Below are positions 8,693 through 18,385 of a stretch of DNA of 64,000 bases, piece after piece. The translations under genes were made by a program, and so were the position numbers. The notes beneath the pieces are model-generated. The model had not been told where the DNA came from. It searched no databases and was given only the letters and a program-made list of their open reading frames with translations. Location: positions 2,056 to 66,055 of the forward strand of contig CAXCCF010000005.1 in the NCBI GenBank assembly GCA_963981035.1, in the 5' to 3' direction. The first letter of the stretch is position 1, and each line of letters opens with the position of its first letter. Source of the DNA: an uncultured euryarchaeote. Its GTDB lineage: Archaea; Thermoplasmatota; Poseidoniia; Poseidoniales; Poseidoniaceae.

Positions 8693-10261
8693 ATGGAGGG
8701 GTCAGATGTGCAGATTGAAACCTCCATGAAAGATAAATCGAGGTCGAGAAAAGGAATTTTTTCAAAGATAATGGCAGTTTCTCCTATTGGTGAAAAGGCA
8801 ACAGTCAAGGAGTGGGAAGCAATATTTCTTGCCATTGACAAGCAAATCATTAGTTTTGGTCTTAGATTAATATTATTTTTACCAGCATTTGCAATGTTTA
8901 CTTATTTCATAGCATGGGCATTTTCAACAGGTTCTCCTGAGTGGTGGTTGAAAAATATTGAACCTACTCTGGATTTGACCTTTTCAATTACCTTAGTTGC
9001 AATTACTTTTGTTATTATGTTTGGATATATATTGGCAATAATAATTCACCAGCATAGAGTTAGCCTTTCATGGAGCGTCTTTAACGATGAGATTAGAATC
9101 TCAAATGATGCGCATAGACCCGTACAATCTTTACAAGGGTACGATGGGTTAGTCGATAGGATGAATAGGACCCGTAGAAAGACAAAATCTAGTTTAATTT
9201 TGGCTATGATGAGTGCATCCCTATTATGCATAATATTCTATATTGGTTCAGAGCATAAATCTGCGATGATTTTACTATTTGGCTCCTTTTCTCTGATGCT
9301 ATTATCAATTGGGCAACAATTGGCTACTAGGTCTAATCAATTCAGCATGGTTGACCGTACCGGATTACTTGATGCCTATGAGCCAGCGATTCACCCGTCA
9401 ACAATAAACTCAGTATTCAATGATTTACTAATTACACACATGGATCCTTTGATGAGGGCTCAATATGTTGATTTCATAAAAAGAATAGAAGAAAATATTC
9501 ACGCCAATGTGGAAGTTGATTATGCAAGAGAAAAGATGCTGATGACACTGTATAGGCACTCGTGTGGTTTGGACCGTAATACGATGAATTCTGAACTATC
9601 AGAAATAATGAATGATAAAGGCCTGGAGTTAATTGTATCACATGATGTGTTTACATTGGAAATATGGATTTCATTGATTGAGCATGTCAAAAAATCATGC
9701 CCAGCATTTTTTAGAATGATCGATAGATTGGAACATGAGATTGAAGTTGGTAACGATCCTGCTTTGAAAGATTTGGTATTCGAAGTGGATTTGGAAAACG
9801 TAGTAACCAATAGAGCGAACCTATTTACAATAATTCATAATCTTAGCTCAGAAGAGAGAACGGTTGTCTTTAGAGTTCAAACACCTGATTTCCGGCCTAA
9901 TGATGTAGCCCTTACTTACAGGCTTATGCCAGGTGAAAAATATTGGTGGTCTGATAAAGCGCTGCCAAGTGTTGCTGAAGGTGATGAGGACACACTAGGG
10001 ATGATGAGTGGATTACTCAGAGATGGAACAGTTGCCTGGCAATCACTATTGCCTACCACTAATGGTGAAGCAACAATTTCAGTTCGCCTTGAACAGAAGA
10101 GTGGTGAATTATTAGTTGGTAAGCAGATAAATGTCAGAGTTCGTTCTGAATTTAGAGCAATGGTCCGTTCTTCCGGTTCACTCGCTGCCAATCTCATAGG
10201 AACTCTTGGATTATTAAGCGCAATATTTATGCAAATATATGCATTATTCGGTCAATTATAG
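8693..10261 (+). CDS. Hypothetical multi-pass membrane protein
   Basis: A 522-aa ORF with several hydrophobic helices in the N-terminal half, a soluble middle region, a beta-rich C-terminal region and a terminal TM (LIGTLGLLSAIFMQIYALF). I recognise no family. Confidence 0.5.
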   Translation: MEGSDVQIETSMKDKSRSRKGIFSKIMAVSPIGEKATVKEWEAIFLAIDKQIISFGLRLILFLPAFAMFTYFIAWAFSTGSPEWWLKNIEPTLDLTFSITLVAITFVIMFGYILAIIIHQHRVSLSWSVFNDEIRISNDAHRPVQSLQGYDGLVDRMNRTRRKTKSSLILAMMSASLLCIIFYIGSEHKSAMILLFGSFSLMLLSIGQQLATRSNQFSMVDRTGLLDAYEPAIHPSTINSVFNDLLITHMDPLMRAQYVDFIKRIEENIHANVEVDYAREKMLMTLYRHSCGLDRNTMNSELSEIMNDKGLELIVSHDVFTLEIWISLIEHVKKSCPAFFRMIDRLEHEIEVGNDPALKDLVFEVDLENVVTNRANLFTIIHNLSSEERTVVFRVQTPDFRPNDVALTYRLMPGEKYWWSDKALPSVAEGDEDTLGMMSGLLRDGTVAWQSLLPTTNGEATISVRLEQKSGELLVGKQINVRVRSEFRAMVRSSGSLAANLIGTLGLLSAIFMQIYALFGQL

Positions 10262-10320
10262 AATTGAATAGTCTTGTAAGCCATCCACAGCCTTGAAATG
10301 GTAAATGCAGTGGAGGAGTC

Positions 10321-11328
10321 ATGCGCGGAATGAAAGATGACGCTGAGGAGAAGCCTGATGCGGACCTTCGTGAAGAACTTCAGACGATGGAAGCGAAAGT
10401 TCGCAAATTGCGTGAAACACGTAATTCATTCAGCGATTCTGCTAAGCAGAGTGCTGATAAGCGCAATGCAATCCAGGCACAATTCAAGGAACACAGAGAG
10501 AAATCAGCTCTTGTTCTTTCAGAAGTAAAAGTAATTCGTGCGGAAATAAAATTGTTTAAAGAGAAGCGCAATGCAATTCAAGACCAAATCCGCCAACTAA
10601 TCTCGCAAGCAAAGGGTCGTCGCGGTGAAAAGAAAGAGAAGCGTTCAGCTACAGCTGAATTTGCTCAACTAAGACAAGAGGTTGACAACTTAGAGAGAAC
10701 TTTTGAAACATCAAGCGTTGGTGCAAAGAAAGAGAAAGAAATGATGGCTAGTCTAAAATTAAAGCATCGCCGTCTTGCAGAATTAGAACCAGAGGTTGCA
10801 CATTTTGACCTTGTTAGCGTTGATTTGTCAGATTTGGATGGTTCAATAAAAATTCTAAAGGCCGAAGCGGATGCAGCACATACAGCAATGATAGAAGCAG
10901 TTGGCCGCGTTACTGAAAAATCAAAGGAATTGGATGAAGTATTTGCCCACCGTGATTTCCTCAAAGCAGAAGGAGACCGGTTCCATGAAGAATATCTTGA
11001 ATTTAGAAAGAAGGCTGATGATATGCATGCAAAGACTGTTGAGTTGATGAAGGATGTTGACAAAGCACGTGACCAATTAAAACTTGCAAAGAAGGAGAGA
11101 GAATCTTGGATTACCGACCATAACCAATCTGTCAAAAATCAGATGTCATCGGGAGCTAGTTCCGAAGATGTTGCTAACGATTTAGTTAGTAGTCTAATGT
11201 CTTCAGGTTCTTTGACGATTGGTGGGACAAGTGGAGCAGAAAACAGTGCAAAATCCCGCCTTCCTATTGGGAAGTCATCTAAGAAAGCCGGAATGCGCCG
11301 AATAAATATGCAGAATCGTCGCCGATGA
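10321..11328 (+). CDS. Archaeal coiled-coil protein, COG1340-like (paralogue of the gene at 1-797)
   Basis: A continuous K/E/R heptad pattern runs through LREELQTMEAKVRKLRETRNSF...AHTAMIEAV...HEEYLEFRKKADDMHAKTVELMK. This has the same architecture as the partial gene at the window start. Confidence 0.7.
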   Translation: MRGMKDDAEEKPDADLREELQTMEAKVRKLRETRNSFSDSAKQSADKRNAIQAQFKEHREKSALVLSEVKVIRAEIKLFKEKRNAIQDQIRQLISQAKGRRGEKKEKRSATAEFAQLRQEVDNLERTFETSSVGAKKEKEMMASLKLKHRRLAELEPEVAHFDLVSVDLSDLDGSIKILKAEADAAHTAMIEAVGRVTEKSKELDEVFAHRDFLKAEGDRFHEEYLEFRKKADDMHAKTVELMKDVDKARDQLKLAKKERESWITDHNQSVKNQMSSGASSEDVANDLVSSLMSSGSLTIGGTSGAENSAKSRLPIGKSSKKAGMRRINMQNRRR

Positions 11329-11329
11329 G

Positions 11330-12409
11330 GTGGAATTGATGTATGGGGTCATCATGGCTGGTGGTCAGGGTTCAAGACTGCGCCCATTGACATTAACACG
11401 ACCAAAACCAATGGTTGAAGTTCTAGGCAGGCCAGTTATTGATTTCGTAAAGGATGCGATGTTGGAAGCCGGTATCGACAATGTAATTGTCACTACAGGA
11501 TATAGAGGGGAACAACTGCAAAAGCATGTTTCTACTTGGCCGCAGCAGGCACAAATTTCTCATAACCGGGAAATTTCAGCACGAATTAATCAAGAACATT
11601 CTCCAATGGGAACGGCTGGAAGTGTTCGCCTTTTGGGTGAATTATTAACTGAAACTTTTGTTGTTGGTTCTGGTGATTCAGTAGCATCGTTTGATATTTC
11701 AGGACTATTGCAAGCCCACAAACAAAGTGGTGCAAAAGTAACCATGGCACTGTGGGAAGTGGAAGATCCTAGTGATTTTGGAATTGTTGGATTATCCGAA
11801 TCCCATAATGGTGTGTTGGATGGAAATCTACGCGAGGGATATATTAGAAAATTCAAAGAAAAGCCAAGTCCACAAGAAGCATTTAGCAATGTGATAAATG
11901 CTGGATTGTACATAATTGAGCCAGAAGTATTAGATTTAGTCCCACATGGTGAAAAGTTTGATTTTAGTAAACAATTATTTCCATTGGTTTTGGAAATGAA
12001 TTGGCCAATGTATGCCAAGACAATCGATGGTGTTTGGTTTGATGTTGGAAATCCAATGGAATTACTCAACGCTCAATCAACATTGGTCAAGAGGATGAAT
12101 GAATTGCCCTTCCCTATTCCAGATGGAACTCTCCTCCCAGGAGATGGGTTCTGTATGGGCAATACGGAAAATCTTGGTGAAGTTACCAGCAGCGTAATCT
12201 CTTCCGATTGCCAAATACAAAAGGAAGTAGTTATTTCTAATTCATTATTGATGTCTGGATGCAGTATTGGTACGAATTCATCTATTACAAAATCTGTTCT
12301 TGGTCAAGATGTAGTGATTGGAAATGGATGTAATTTACACAATGTTGTGCTAGGAGATGGAACCGTTATTGACGCTGACACCAATCTTTCAGATCAAAAA
12401 ATTCCATGA
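11330..12409 (+). CDS. Sugar-1-phosphate nucleotidyltransferase with C-terminal left-handed beta-helix
   Basis: The N-terminal signature is MAGGQGSRLRPLTLTRPKPMV. C-terminal hexapeptide repeats run SIGTNSSITKSVLGQDVVIGNGCNLHNVVLGDGTVI. A GTG start is given by the ORF track. Confidence 0.85.
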   Translation: MELMYGVIMAGGQGSRLRPLTLTRPKPMVEVLGRPVIDFVKDAMLEAGIDNVIVTTGYRGEQLQKHVSTWPQQAQISHNREISARINQEHSPMGTAGSVRLLGELLTETFVVGSGDSVASFDISGLLQAHKQSGAKVTMALWEVEDPSDFGIVGLSESHNGVLDGNLREGYIRKFKEKPSPQEAFSNVINAGLYIIEPEVLDLVPHGEKFDFSKQLFPLVLEMNWPMYAKTIDGVWFDVGNPMELLNAQSTLVKRMNELPFPIPDGTLLPGDGFCMGNTENLGEVTSSVISSDCQIQKEVVISNSLLMSGCSIGTNSSITKSVLGQDVVIGNGCNLHNVVLGDGTVIDADTNLSDQKIP

Positions 12410-12464
12410 CTTAGTGAATGATGTCGGCGTATTACTCATATACCCTTGCTAGCCGGAGGAGATT

Positions 12465-12713
12465 ATGACTTCTTCTCGCGACGGCCACATGGCCGAAAGA
12501 ACCTATGACCGAACATGGGATGAGATTGAGCAAATGCTCGCCAAAGCAGAATCAAAACGTAAGCAATGGAAAAGTTGGTTTGAGGAATGTAAATCTTCAG
12601 GGGATAGAGAAGGAATGAAGGAAGCCGCAAGGAATCACAAAGCATTGGATGGAGTTATCAAAACTCTTCGCTGGACATTAGGTGAAGTTGGCGTAAGTGA
12701 TCCTCTCCAATGA
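12465..12713 (+). CDS. Hypothetical small helical protein
   Basis: An 82-aa ORF with a strong GGAGGA motif 4 nt upstream of the ATG. No recognisable family. Confidence 0.5.
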   Translation: MTSSRDGHMAERTYDRTWDEIEQMLAKAESKRKQWKSWFEECKSSGDREGMKEAARNHKALDGVIKTLRWTLGEVGVSDPLQ

Positions 12714-12747
12714 GGTTCTATAGAATTACAGACTAAAGGTTAATTTC

Positions 12748-13761
12748 TCAAAGTCCTCGTTGGTCGTAGCGTACATCAAGAGTTTCAAGTTCATCACCCT
12801 TCATGGCAGCTCCAGCCATCATTGCCATTGCTTGAGTTACTTTTTCAGCATCATCATAATGTGCTGTTGCAAGAACAATTGCATCAGCCATTGTCTTAGG
12901 GTCTTCAGACTTGAATATTCCAGAACCAACGAAGATACCATCCATTCCAAGGCGCATCATGTGTGATGCATCTGCTGGTGTTGCAATTCCTCCAGCTGAG
13001 AATGTAACCACTGGCAAACGGCCCATTGTTCTAACCTCTTCAAGAATTTCTCGGACTTCTTGATGCATTGTTTGGTCAATTGCACCAAAAGGAGTGCTAT
13101 GAAAAGTTCCTGGTAATTTTGATTGGTTTGCCAAAACCCTATATCTATCAATAATGATTTCAGTCGTTTCATCAATCCCTGAATCATCAAGCGTTTGCAA
13201 TTGTTTAATCTCTTGGTCGATTAATCTTGCATGTGTAACTGCGGCAACAACATTTCCAGTTCCTGCTTCACCTTTGGTGCGAATCATTGCAGCGCCTTCC
13301 CAAATACGCCGTACAGCCTCTCCTAATTCTGTAGCACCACATACGAATGGGATGTCATAATCTTTCTTTGCAATATGGAAAAATGGGTCAGCAGGTGTTA
13401 GAACTTCGCTTTCATCCACCATGTCAACTCCCATTGATTCAAGAATTCGTGCTTCTCCTTCATGGCCGATTCTTGCCTTCGCCATTACCGGTATTGAAGT
13501 ACAGTCGAGAATACCTTGAATCATATCTGGGTGGCTCATTCTAGCAACTCCGCCATCTCTTCTAATATCGGCGGGAACTCTTTCCAAAGCCATTACTGCA
13601 ACGGCACCAGAATCTTCTGCAATGGCCGCTTGATCTGGATTGACAACATCCATGATCACGCCACCTTGCTGCATACGTGCAAAGCCACGTTTTAGCAAAT
13701 CACTACCTCTTCTAAACTTGGTGAAATCAGTATCCTTAACCATTGCAATCAGCCTGTCCAA
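12748..13761 (-). CDS. pdxS: Pyridoxal 5'-phosphate synthase lyase subunit PdxS
   Basis: Motifs [53 protein letters not shown] and [12 protein letters not shown] are present. No pdxT gene is adjacent. Confidence 0.95.
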   Translation of the reverse strand: MDRLIAMVKDTDFTKFRRGSDLLKRGFARMQQGGVIMDVVNPDQAAIAEDSGAVAVMALERVPADIRRDGGVARMSHPDMIQGILDCTSIPVMAKARIGHEGEARILESMGVDMVDESEVLTPADPFFHIAKKDYDIPFVCGATELGEAVRRIWEGAAMIRTKGEAGTGNVVAAVTHARLIDQEIKQLQTLDDSGIDETTEIIIDRYRVLANQSKLPGTFHSTPFGAIDQTMHQEVREILEEVRTMGRLPVVTFSAGGIATPADASHMMRLGMDGIFVGSGIFKSEDPKTMADAIVLATAHYDDAEKVTQAMAMMAGAAMKGDELETLDVRYDQRGL

Positions 13762-13825
13762 AATTATTTACTTCAAGAACATTGGTAATTTCAATGCTCT
13801 GTGGAATATAGCCCAGTTGGAATTC

Positions 13826-14101
13826 TTAATCAGCAAGAACAGGTGAATCACCTTCAGCAACTTCTGCATCAACAGACTCTGTTGCATTGCGTTCTTCCCA
13901 TGCTTCTTCTCCAGCTGGTAAGTCGGTATCTGCAAAAATAGCATCAACAGGACATTCAGGGATACAAGCGCCACAATCAATGCATTCATCAGGGTCAATG
14001 ACCAGGTATTTTTCAGCTTCTCTAAATGCTTCTACTGGGCAAACAGCAACGCATTCTTGGTATTTGTGATCAACGCAAGCGGTTGTAACAACATGTGTCA
14101 T
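13826..14101 (-). CDS. Ferredoxin, 7Fe/2x[4Fe-4S]-type
   Basis: Cysteine clusters are [16 protein letters not shown] and [16 protein letters not shown]. The C-terminal tail is acidic. Confidence 0.9.
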   Translation of the reverse strand: MTHVVTTACVDHKYQECVAVCPVEAFREAEKYLVIDPDECIDCGACIPECPVDAIFADTDLPAGEEAWEERNATESVDAEVAEGDSPVLAD

Positions 14102-14172
14102 GGGTATTCCTCAAACCTGCTGATGGGGTAGCCATACATGAATAGTTTGGATAAACAATCTCGTGGGAATTT

Positions 14173-14610
14173 TCATTCACAAATTGCAATTGCTTTACGA
14201 ATTGTGCTTTGTGCCTCTTCCAAAGGGGTTTGTCCAGGATAAACTTGAATTTTGGTCTGACCCTTTACAGTAGCAAGTCCACCAGATGTTGAGAGTGTCA
14301 GTTTACCATTGATTAAATCGCCCTGATCTAAGCGGAAATGGATATTATTCGCCTCATCCAATCGGGTGCTTAATTCTGATAATATTACTTGCAAATTTTC
14401 CTTGCCAATATTCGCAAGAGCCTTTTGTGCCGGCCCTGAGCGGGTCAATTTTGCAGAAATCATGTGGATTGGAGAGTTGTGGTATGAGGTGGTGCGCTCA
14501 ATTTCAACAGCCTCTTCATCTCCGATTAGTGTAGCCAATGCTTCAGCAAGAATCATTTCATCTTCTATGCCACTGGCGGTTGCTCTCCACGTGAGTTGGT
14601 GAACTGCCAT
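14173..14610 (-). CDS. Predicted RNA-binding protein (DUF54/COG1325-like, so-called predicted exosome subunit)
   Basis: The 145-aa product shows the family-like pattern IEDEMILAEALATLIG...SYHNSPIHMISAKL...IHFRLDQGDLINGKLTL. The family assignment is from memory of the profile and is not verified. Confidence 0.45.
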   Translation of the reverse strand: MAVHQLTWRATASGIEDEMILAEALATLIGDEEAVEIERTTSYHNSPIHMISAKLTRSGPAQKALANIGKENLQVILSELSTRLDEANNIHFRLDQGDLINGKLTLSTSGGLATVKGQTKIQVYPGQTPLEEAQSTIRKAIAICE

Positions 14611-14771
14611 GAGCGAGGGTGTCGGCGAGATGGATTTGATATTAACTCCAAATCAACACGCAATCATTCGTTTTAGAAGTCCGAATCAAAGGGGGCTGTT
14701 CATATAGGGGTGGTTAGTCGGCGGAATGCAAGTGGGGTAGCCCCCGCAAGACAACACCGAGAGTGAATCCA

Positions 14772-15749
14772 ATGGCGAAGAAAGTAAGTGCAAGAGCACG
14801 TGCAGCAGCACGTAAGCAACGTGACAAGTGGAAGATGAAGAGATGGTACACTATTCGTGCACCTCGTCATCCATGGGATTTCAAGCAAATTGGAGAAACA
14901 ATCGGTGAGTCAGATGAACATATTATGGGCCGTGTCTACGAAATGACACTGCAAGAATTCAATGGCGACTTTACAAAGATGCACATCATCCTTAGATTCA
15001 GAGTTACTGAAGTAGTTGGCAGAGATGCATTGACTACATTCATCGGTCACCATCACCAAACAGACCACACACGACGTCAAATTCGCCGTTACCGTGGTAA
15101 GGTTGACGATGTCGTCGATGTCGTTTCAACAGATGGATACCTTGTACGTTTGAAGCCATTGATTATTACTCAAAAGCGTGTTCAGACTTCAGTCAAGCAA
15201 GCAATGCGAGCAAAGACAGCAGAAGTAATCCGTGCGTTTGCATCAAAGAATACCTTTTCTAAGATCCAAGAATCAATTCTTGGTGGCGAATTGGAAGGAG
15301 AAATTCTCAATGCAGTTAAGCCAATTTACCCTGTAAAGTCTGTGGCAATTCAAAAGAGCCAACTTCTACAAGAGGGTGTAACCAATGAGAAGGGTCCTAC
15401 TTTGGATGATATTCATGCAAATGAAGCTCGCCAAGAAGCAGAATTGAAAGCCAAGAAGGCTGCAGCAATTGCAGCAGCAATGGACGGAGAAGAAGAAGCG
15501 GAAGAAGAGGAAGTATCAGATGCACCATCTATTCTTGACGCAGCCGAGGCCCTAGAGCCAGCAAGCGAGAAGACTGAAGCAGCACCTGCTGAAGAAGAAG
15601 TTGTTGAAGAAGCACCTTCTGAAGAAGAAGTTTCTTCCGACGCTGACTACAGTTCAATGACTGTTGCAGAACTCAAGGAACTCTTGAAGGCTGCAGGAAA
15701 ACCAGTCTCTGGTAAGAAGGCAGATTTAATCGCTCGGTTAAACGAATGA
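14772..15749 (+). CDS. rps3ae: 30S ribosomal protein S3Ae (eS1) with acidic linker and C-terminal SAP motif
   Basis: The core runs KKVSARARAAARKQRDKWKMKRWYTIRAPRHPWDF...EMTLQEFNGDF...RFRV. ATG 14772 lies inside the track ORF that starts at 14763. The C-terminal ~120 aa are an E/A-rich linker followed by MTVAELKELLKAAGKPVSGKKADLIARLNE. Confidence 0.9.
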   Translation: MAKKVSARARAAARKQRDKWKMKRWYTIRAPRHPWDFKQIGETIGESDEHIMGRVYEMTLQEFNGDFTKMHIILRFRVTEVVGRDALTTFIGHHHQTDHTRRQIRRYRGKVDDVVDVVSTDGYLVRLKPLIITQKRVQTSVKQAMRAKTAEVIRAFASKNTFSKIQESILGGELEGEILNAVKPIYPVKSVAIQKSQLLQEGVTNEKGPTLDDIHANEARQEAELKAKKAAAIAAAMDGEEEAEEEEVSDAPSILDAAEALEPASEKTEAAPAEEEVVEEAPSEEEVSSDADYSSMTVAELKELLKAAGKPVSGKKADLIARLNE

Positions 15750-15772
15750 TTAGATTTGAACCAGTTCTCTTA

Positions 15773-15807
15773 GTGGGCCAGTGAAAGCAAGGTCCCACAC
15801 GGTTTTT
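15773..15807 (+). terminator. Hairpin plus T5 tract downstream of rps3ae (putative archaeal terminator)
   Basis: GTGGGCC-N11-GGTCCCAC forms an imperfect stem, followed by ACGGTTTTTGG about 25-55 nt after the stop codon. Confidence 0.3.
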
Positions 15808-15846
15808 GGCCGTAGGTTTGACAATGTAGAACGGTAGGCGATTATT

Positions 15847-16638
15847 ATGCAGAGGTTAGCGGTTATCGGTGGAACCGGTTTGATTGAGATGACATTTGGT
15901 CAACAATTAAACGATGCAGGGTTGATTTTGCAAAGAAAAGACGAGGTCATTGTTGAAACCAATTGGGGAGATGTACCACTAACTTGCTTGAAACTTAGCA
16001 GTTCAGAAGGTGAGAAGGAATTGATATTTTTACAACGCCATCATAACAATGGCAATCCAAGTAAGCCACCGCATATGATAGAGCATAGAGCAAATATTAG
16101 CGCATTGGCCAATAGTGGCTGTGATGCGATAATGGCCGTTTGTTCTGTGGGCGCAATATCTGATGATTTCCCGCCTGGTAAAGTAGCACTTGCAGATCAA
16201 TATATCGATTTTACCGGTGTGGCAAGTACATTTCATCATGAAGATGCAACATTTACTTCCGTTACTGAACCATTCAGCGAAGAGATAAATGATAAATTGC
16301 AGAAAATTCTGCGCAAGGCCCAATCATTTACAGAAGAAGAAAGATTGTTGTACACTTATTGGCTAGCTCATGGTCCACAATTTGAAACACGTGCTGAAGT
16401 AGACGCGATAGACAAACTTGGTGGCAATATGGTTGGAATGACTATGCCGCGTGAAGCAAAACTTTGCAGAGAACTTGAAATTCCATATGCGGCTGTTTGT
16501 ATTTCATCAAACTGGGCAGCAGGAAGGGAACCTGGAAATATTTCTGCGGACTTATCTCATCACTCAGTGTCTGCACAAGCCAATAAAAGATTAGCACCTG
16601 TGTGGAAATGTGTAATTGGAATGTTGTCGCAAGGTTGA
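15847..16638 (+). CDS. mtnP: S-methyl-5'-thioadenosine/purine nucleoside phosphorylase (PNP/MTAP family)
   Basis: Motifs AVIGGTGL, FLQRHH, the HMIEHRANISAL-type segment, GPQFETRAEV and NMVGMTMPREAKLCRELEIPYAAV are present. Confidence 0.8.
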   Translation: MQRLAVIGGTGLIEMTFGQQLNDAGLILQRKDEVIVETNWGDVPLTCLKLSSSEGEKELIFLQRHHNNGNPSKPPHMIEHRANISALANSGCDAIMAVCSVGAISDDFPPGKVALADQYIDFTGVASTFHHEDATFTSVTEPFSEEINDKLQKILRKAQSFTEEERLLYTYWLAHGPQFETRAEVDAIDKLGGNMVGMTMPREAKLCRELEIPYAAVCISSNWAAGREPGNISADLSHHSVSAQANKRLAPVWKCVIGMLSQG

Positions 16639-16665
16639 TGCCCTGTCCATGGTAAGAGCGGAATA

Positions 16666-17034
16666 ATGACCGCTGCAAGTGTTGACAAATGGATGAACCA
16701 TCAAACATCAAATGAATGGGAAGTGATGGTAAAGAAGGTTGCAGCCTTTCACCATAAGCATGACTTCGCCAATAAAAATGGTCATGATATGGGATATAGA
16801 ATTGCTCTGACTGTTGAAGAACTTGGAGAATTATCGGCAGCAATTACCAAAGGAAAACCGATTGAAGAATGTGCTGAAGAAATGGCTGATATTCTGATTT
16901 TACTGATGGGCCATTCAATTGCAATGGATATTGATTTGAAAGCAGCCTTCGAAAAGAAGTACCAAAGAATCATGAAAAGAGAAGCATTAACTGGACGATT
17001 AGGCGTTAGAGTTACAGAGTATAAAGCGGATTAG
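16666..17034 (+). CDS. MazG-like all-alpha nucleoside triphosphate pyrophosphohydrolase
   Basis: The EExGE/ExxAD signature appears as LTVEELGELSAAI...CAEEMADILILLMGHSIAMDIDLKAAFEKKYQRIMKR. The product is 122 aa. Confidence 0.7.
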   Translation: MTAASVDKWMNHQTSNEWEVMVKKVAAFHHKHDFANKNGHDMGYRIALTVEELGELSAAITKGKPIEECAEEMADILILLMGHSIAMDIDLKAAFEKKYQRIMKREALTGRLGVRVTEYKAD

Positions 17035-17061
17035 TCACTTTAGTTAGTATTTACTGACTGC

Positions 17062-17532
17062 TCAACAAATATAGTGCTGGAAAGTCATTGGATGCTGGTC
17101 GTGAGGTCCTGCTGGTTGATGGTTTTCTCCAATTAATACAAAGCCCATTTTTGAAATATCTGGAGCAAAAGTATCTGCTCCTTCAACATTAGTATGGATT
17201 ATTGTCCTGAATATTTCTTTACAGTGCTGTAGGAAGAGCGAATATATTTCTCCCCCTCCAATAATGATAATATCTTCGTTTTGAGATAACTGCATTACCT
17301 GCTCATAACTCATTACTTCAACATCTTCCCGCGGTGTTCTTGACATCACAATATTCCTTCTATTTGGTAATCCGCCTGCTGGAAGACTATCCCATGTCTT
17401 CCTTCCCATTACCACTGTTTTGTTGATTGTAGTCATTTTGAAATGACGTAAATCAGATGATTGCCTCCATGGTAGGTCGCCATCTTTCCCAATAGCGCCA
17501 TCGAGGTCACACGCGAAAATCATTGCTAACAT
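17062..17532 (-). CDS. folA: Dihydrofolate reductase
   Basis: Motifs IFACDLDGAIGKDGDLPWR, MGRKTWDSLP, LPNRRNIVMSR and IIIGGGEIY are present. Confidence 0.9.
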   Translation of the reverse strand: MLAMIFACDLDGAIGKDGDLPWRQSSDLRHFKMTTINKTVVMGRKTWDSLPAGGLPNRRNIVMSRTPREDVEVMSYEQVMQLSQNEDIIIIGGGEIYSLFLQHCKEIFRTIIHTNVEGADTFAPDISKMGFVLIGENHQPAGPHDQHPMTFQHYIC

Positions 17533-17541
17533 TGAAATCCC

Positions 17542-18336
17542 TCAAATTGCGATTGGTGCTTTGATATGTTCGTGATGTTGATAGCCAATAATCTCAATAT
17601 CATCAAAATCAAATTGATCGATTTGCATTATTTTCGGATTCAATTTTAATTGAGGCAATTTCAAAGGTTCACGACTTATTTGTAAATTTGCTTGTTCAAG
17701 GTGATTATTGTATAGGTGGGCATCTCCCAAAGTATGAACAAATGTACCTGCTTCAAGATTACATACTTGTGCCATCATATGTGTGAGAAGTGCATACGAA
17801 GCGATATTGAATGGTACTCCCAAAAATACATCTGCACTTCGTTGATAAAGTTGACAATTTAATTTTCCATTTGCTACATGAAATTGGAAAAATGCGTGAC
17901 ATGGCATCAATGCCATTTCATTTAGTTCGCCAACATTCCACGCTGAAACAATAATTCTGCGTGAGTTTGGATTATTCTTTATCATTTCAACCGCTTCGTT
18001 CACTTGATCAATAATTCTGCCATCCTTTGCTTCCCATTCACGCCATTGCTTACCATAAACAGGTCCTAAGTCGCCATTTTCATCAGCCCACTCATTCCAA
18101 ATTCTGACACCATTATCCTGTAAGTATTTTACATTGGTATCTCCCTTTAGAAACCACAATAATTCATAGACGATTGATTTTAGGTGAAGTTTTTTTGTTG
18201 TGACCATCGGAAAGCCCTCAGATAAGTCAAATCTCATCTGATGTCCGAAAACAGATTTTGTGCCAGTACCAGTTCTGTCACCTTTGTCCTCACCCTTGTC
18301 GAGGATTGTTCGGATTAGGTCTAGGTAGGTCTGCAT
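17542..18336 (-). CDS. thyA: Thymidylate synthase ThyA
   Basis: Motifs [26 protein letters not shown], the active-site segment [12 protein letters not shown] and [16 protein letters not shown] are present. The 39-aa N-terminal extension of the track ORF (to 18453) overlaps the upstream gene and is not ThyA-like. Confidence 0.95.
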   Translation of the reverse strand: MQTYLDLIRTILDKGEDKGDRTGTGTKSVFGHQMRFDLSEGFPMVTTKKLHLKSIVYELLWFLKGDTNVKYLQDNGVRIWNEWADENGDLGPVYGKQWREWEAKDGRIIDQVNEAVEMIKNNPNSRRIIVSAWNVGELNEMALMPCHAFFQFHVANGKLNCQLYQRSADVFLGVPFNIASYALLTHMMAQVCNLEAGTFVHTLGDAHLYNNHLEQANLQISREPLKLPQLKLNPKIMQIDQFDFDDIEIIGYQHHEHIKAPIAI

Positions 18337-18385
18337 ACTATCGCCATTCCAAAGCCAGCATTGGCAGCACTTGAGGATTACCGAT

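Noticed and set aside
10665-12069. Minus-strand ORFs 10665-11135 and 11590-12069
   Set aside because: They are antisense to the coiled-coil gene and the nucleotidyltransferase gene respectively. Both sense genes carry clear family signatures.
12410-12464. AATGATGT motif, considered as a C/D-box sRNA
   Set aside because: Box C is imperfect, and no D box (CTGA) or terminal stem is present at the appropriate spacing.
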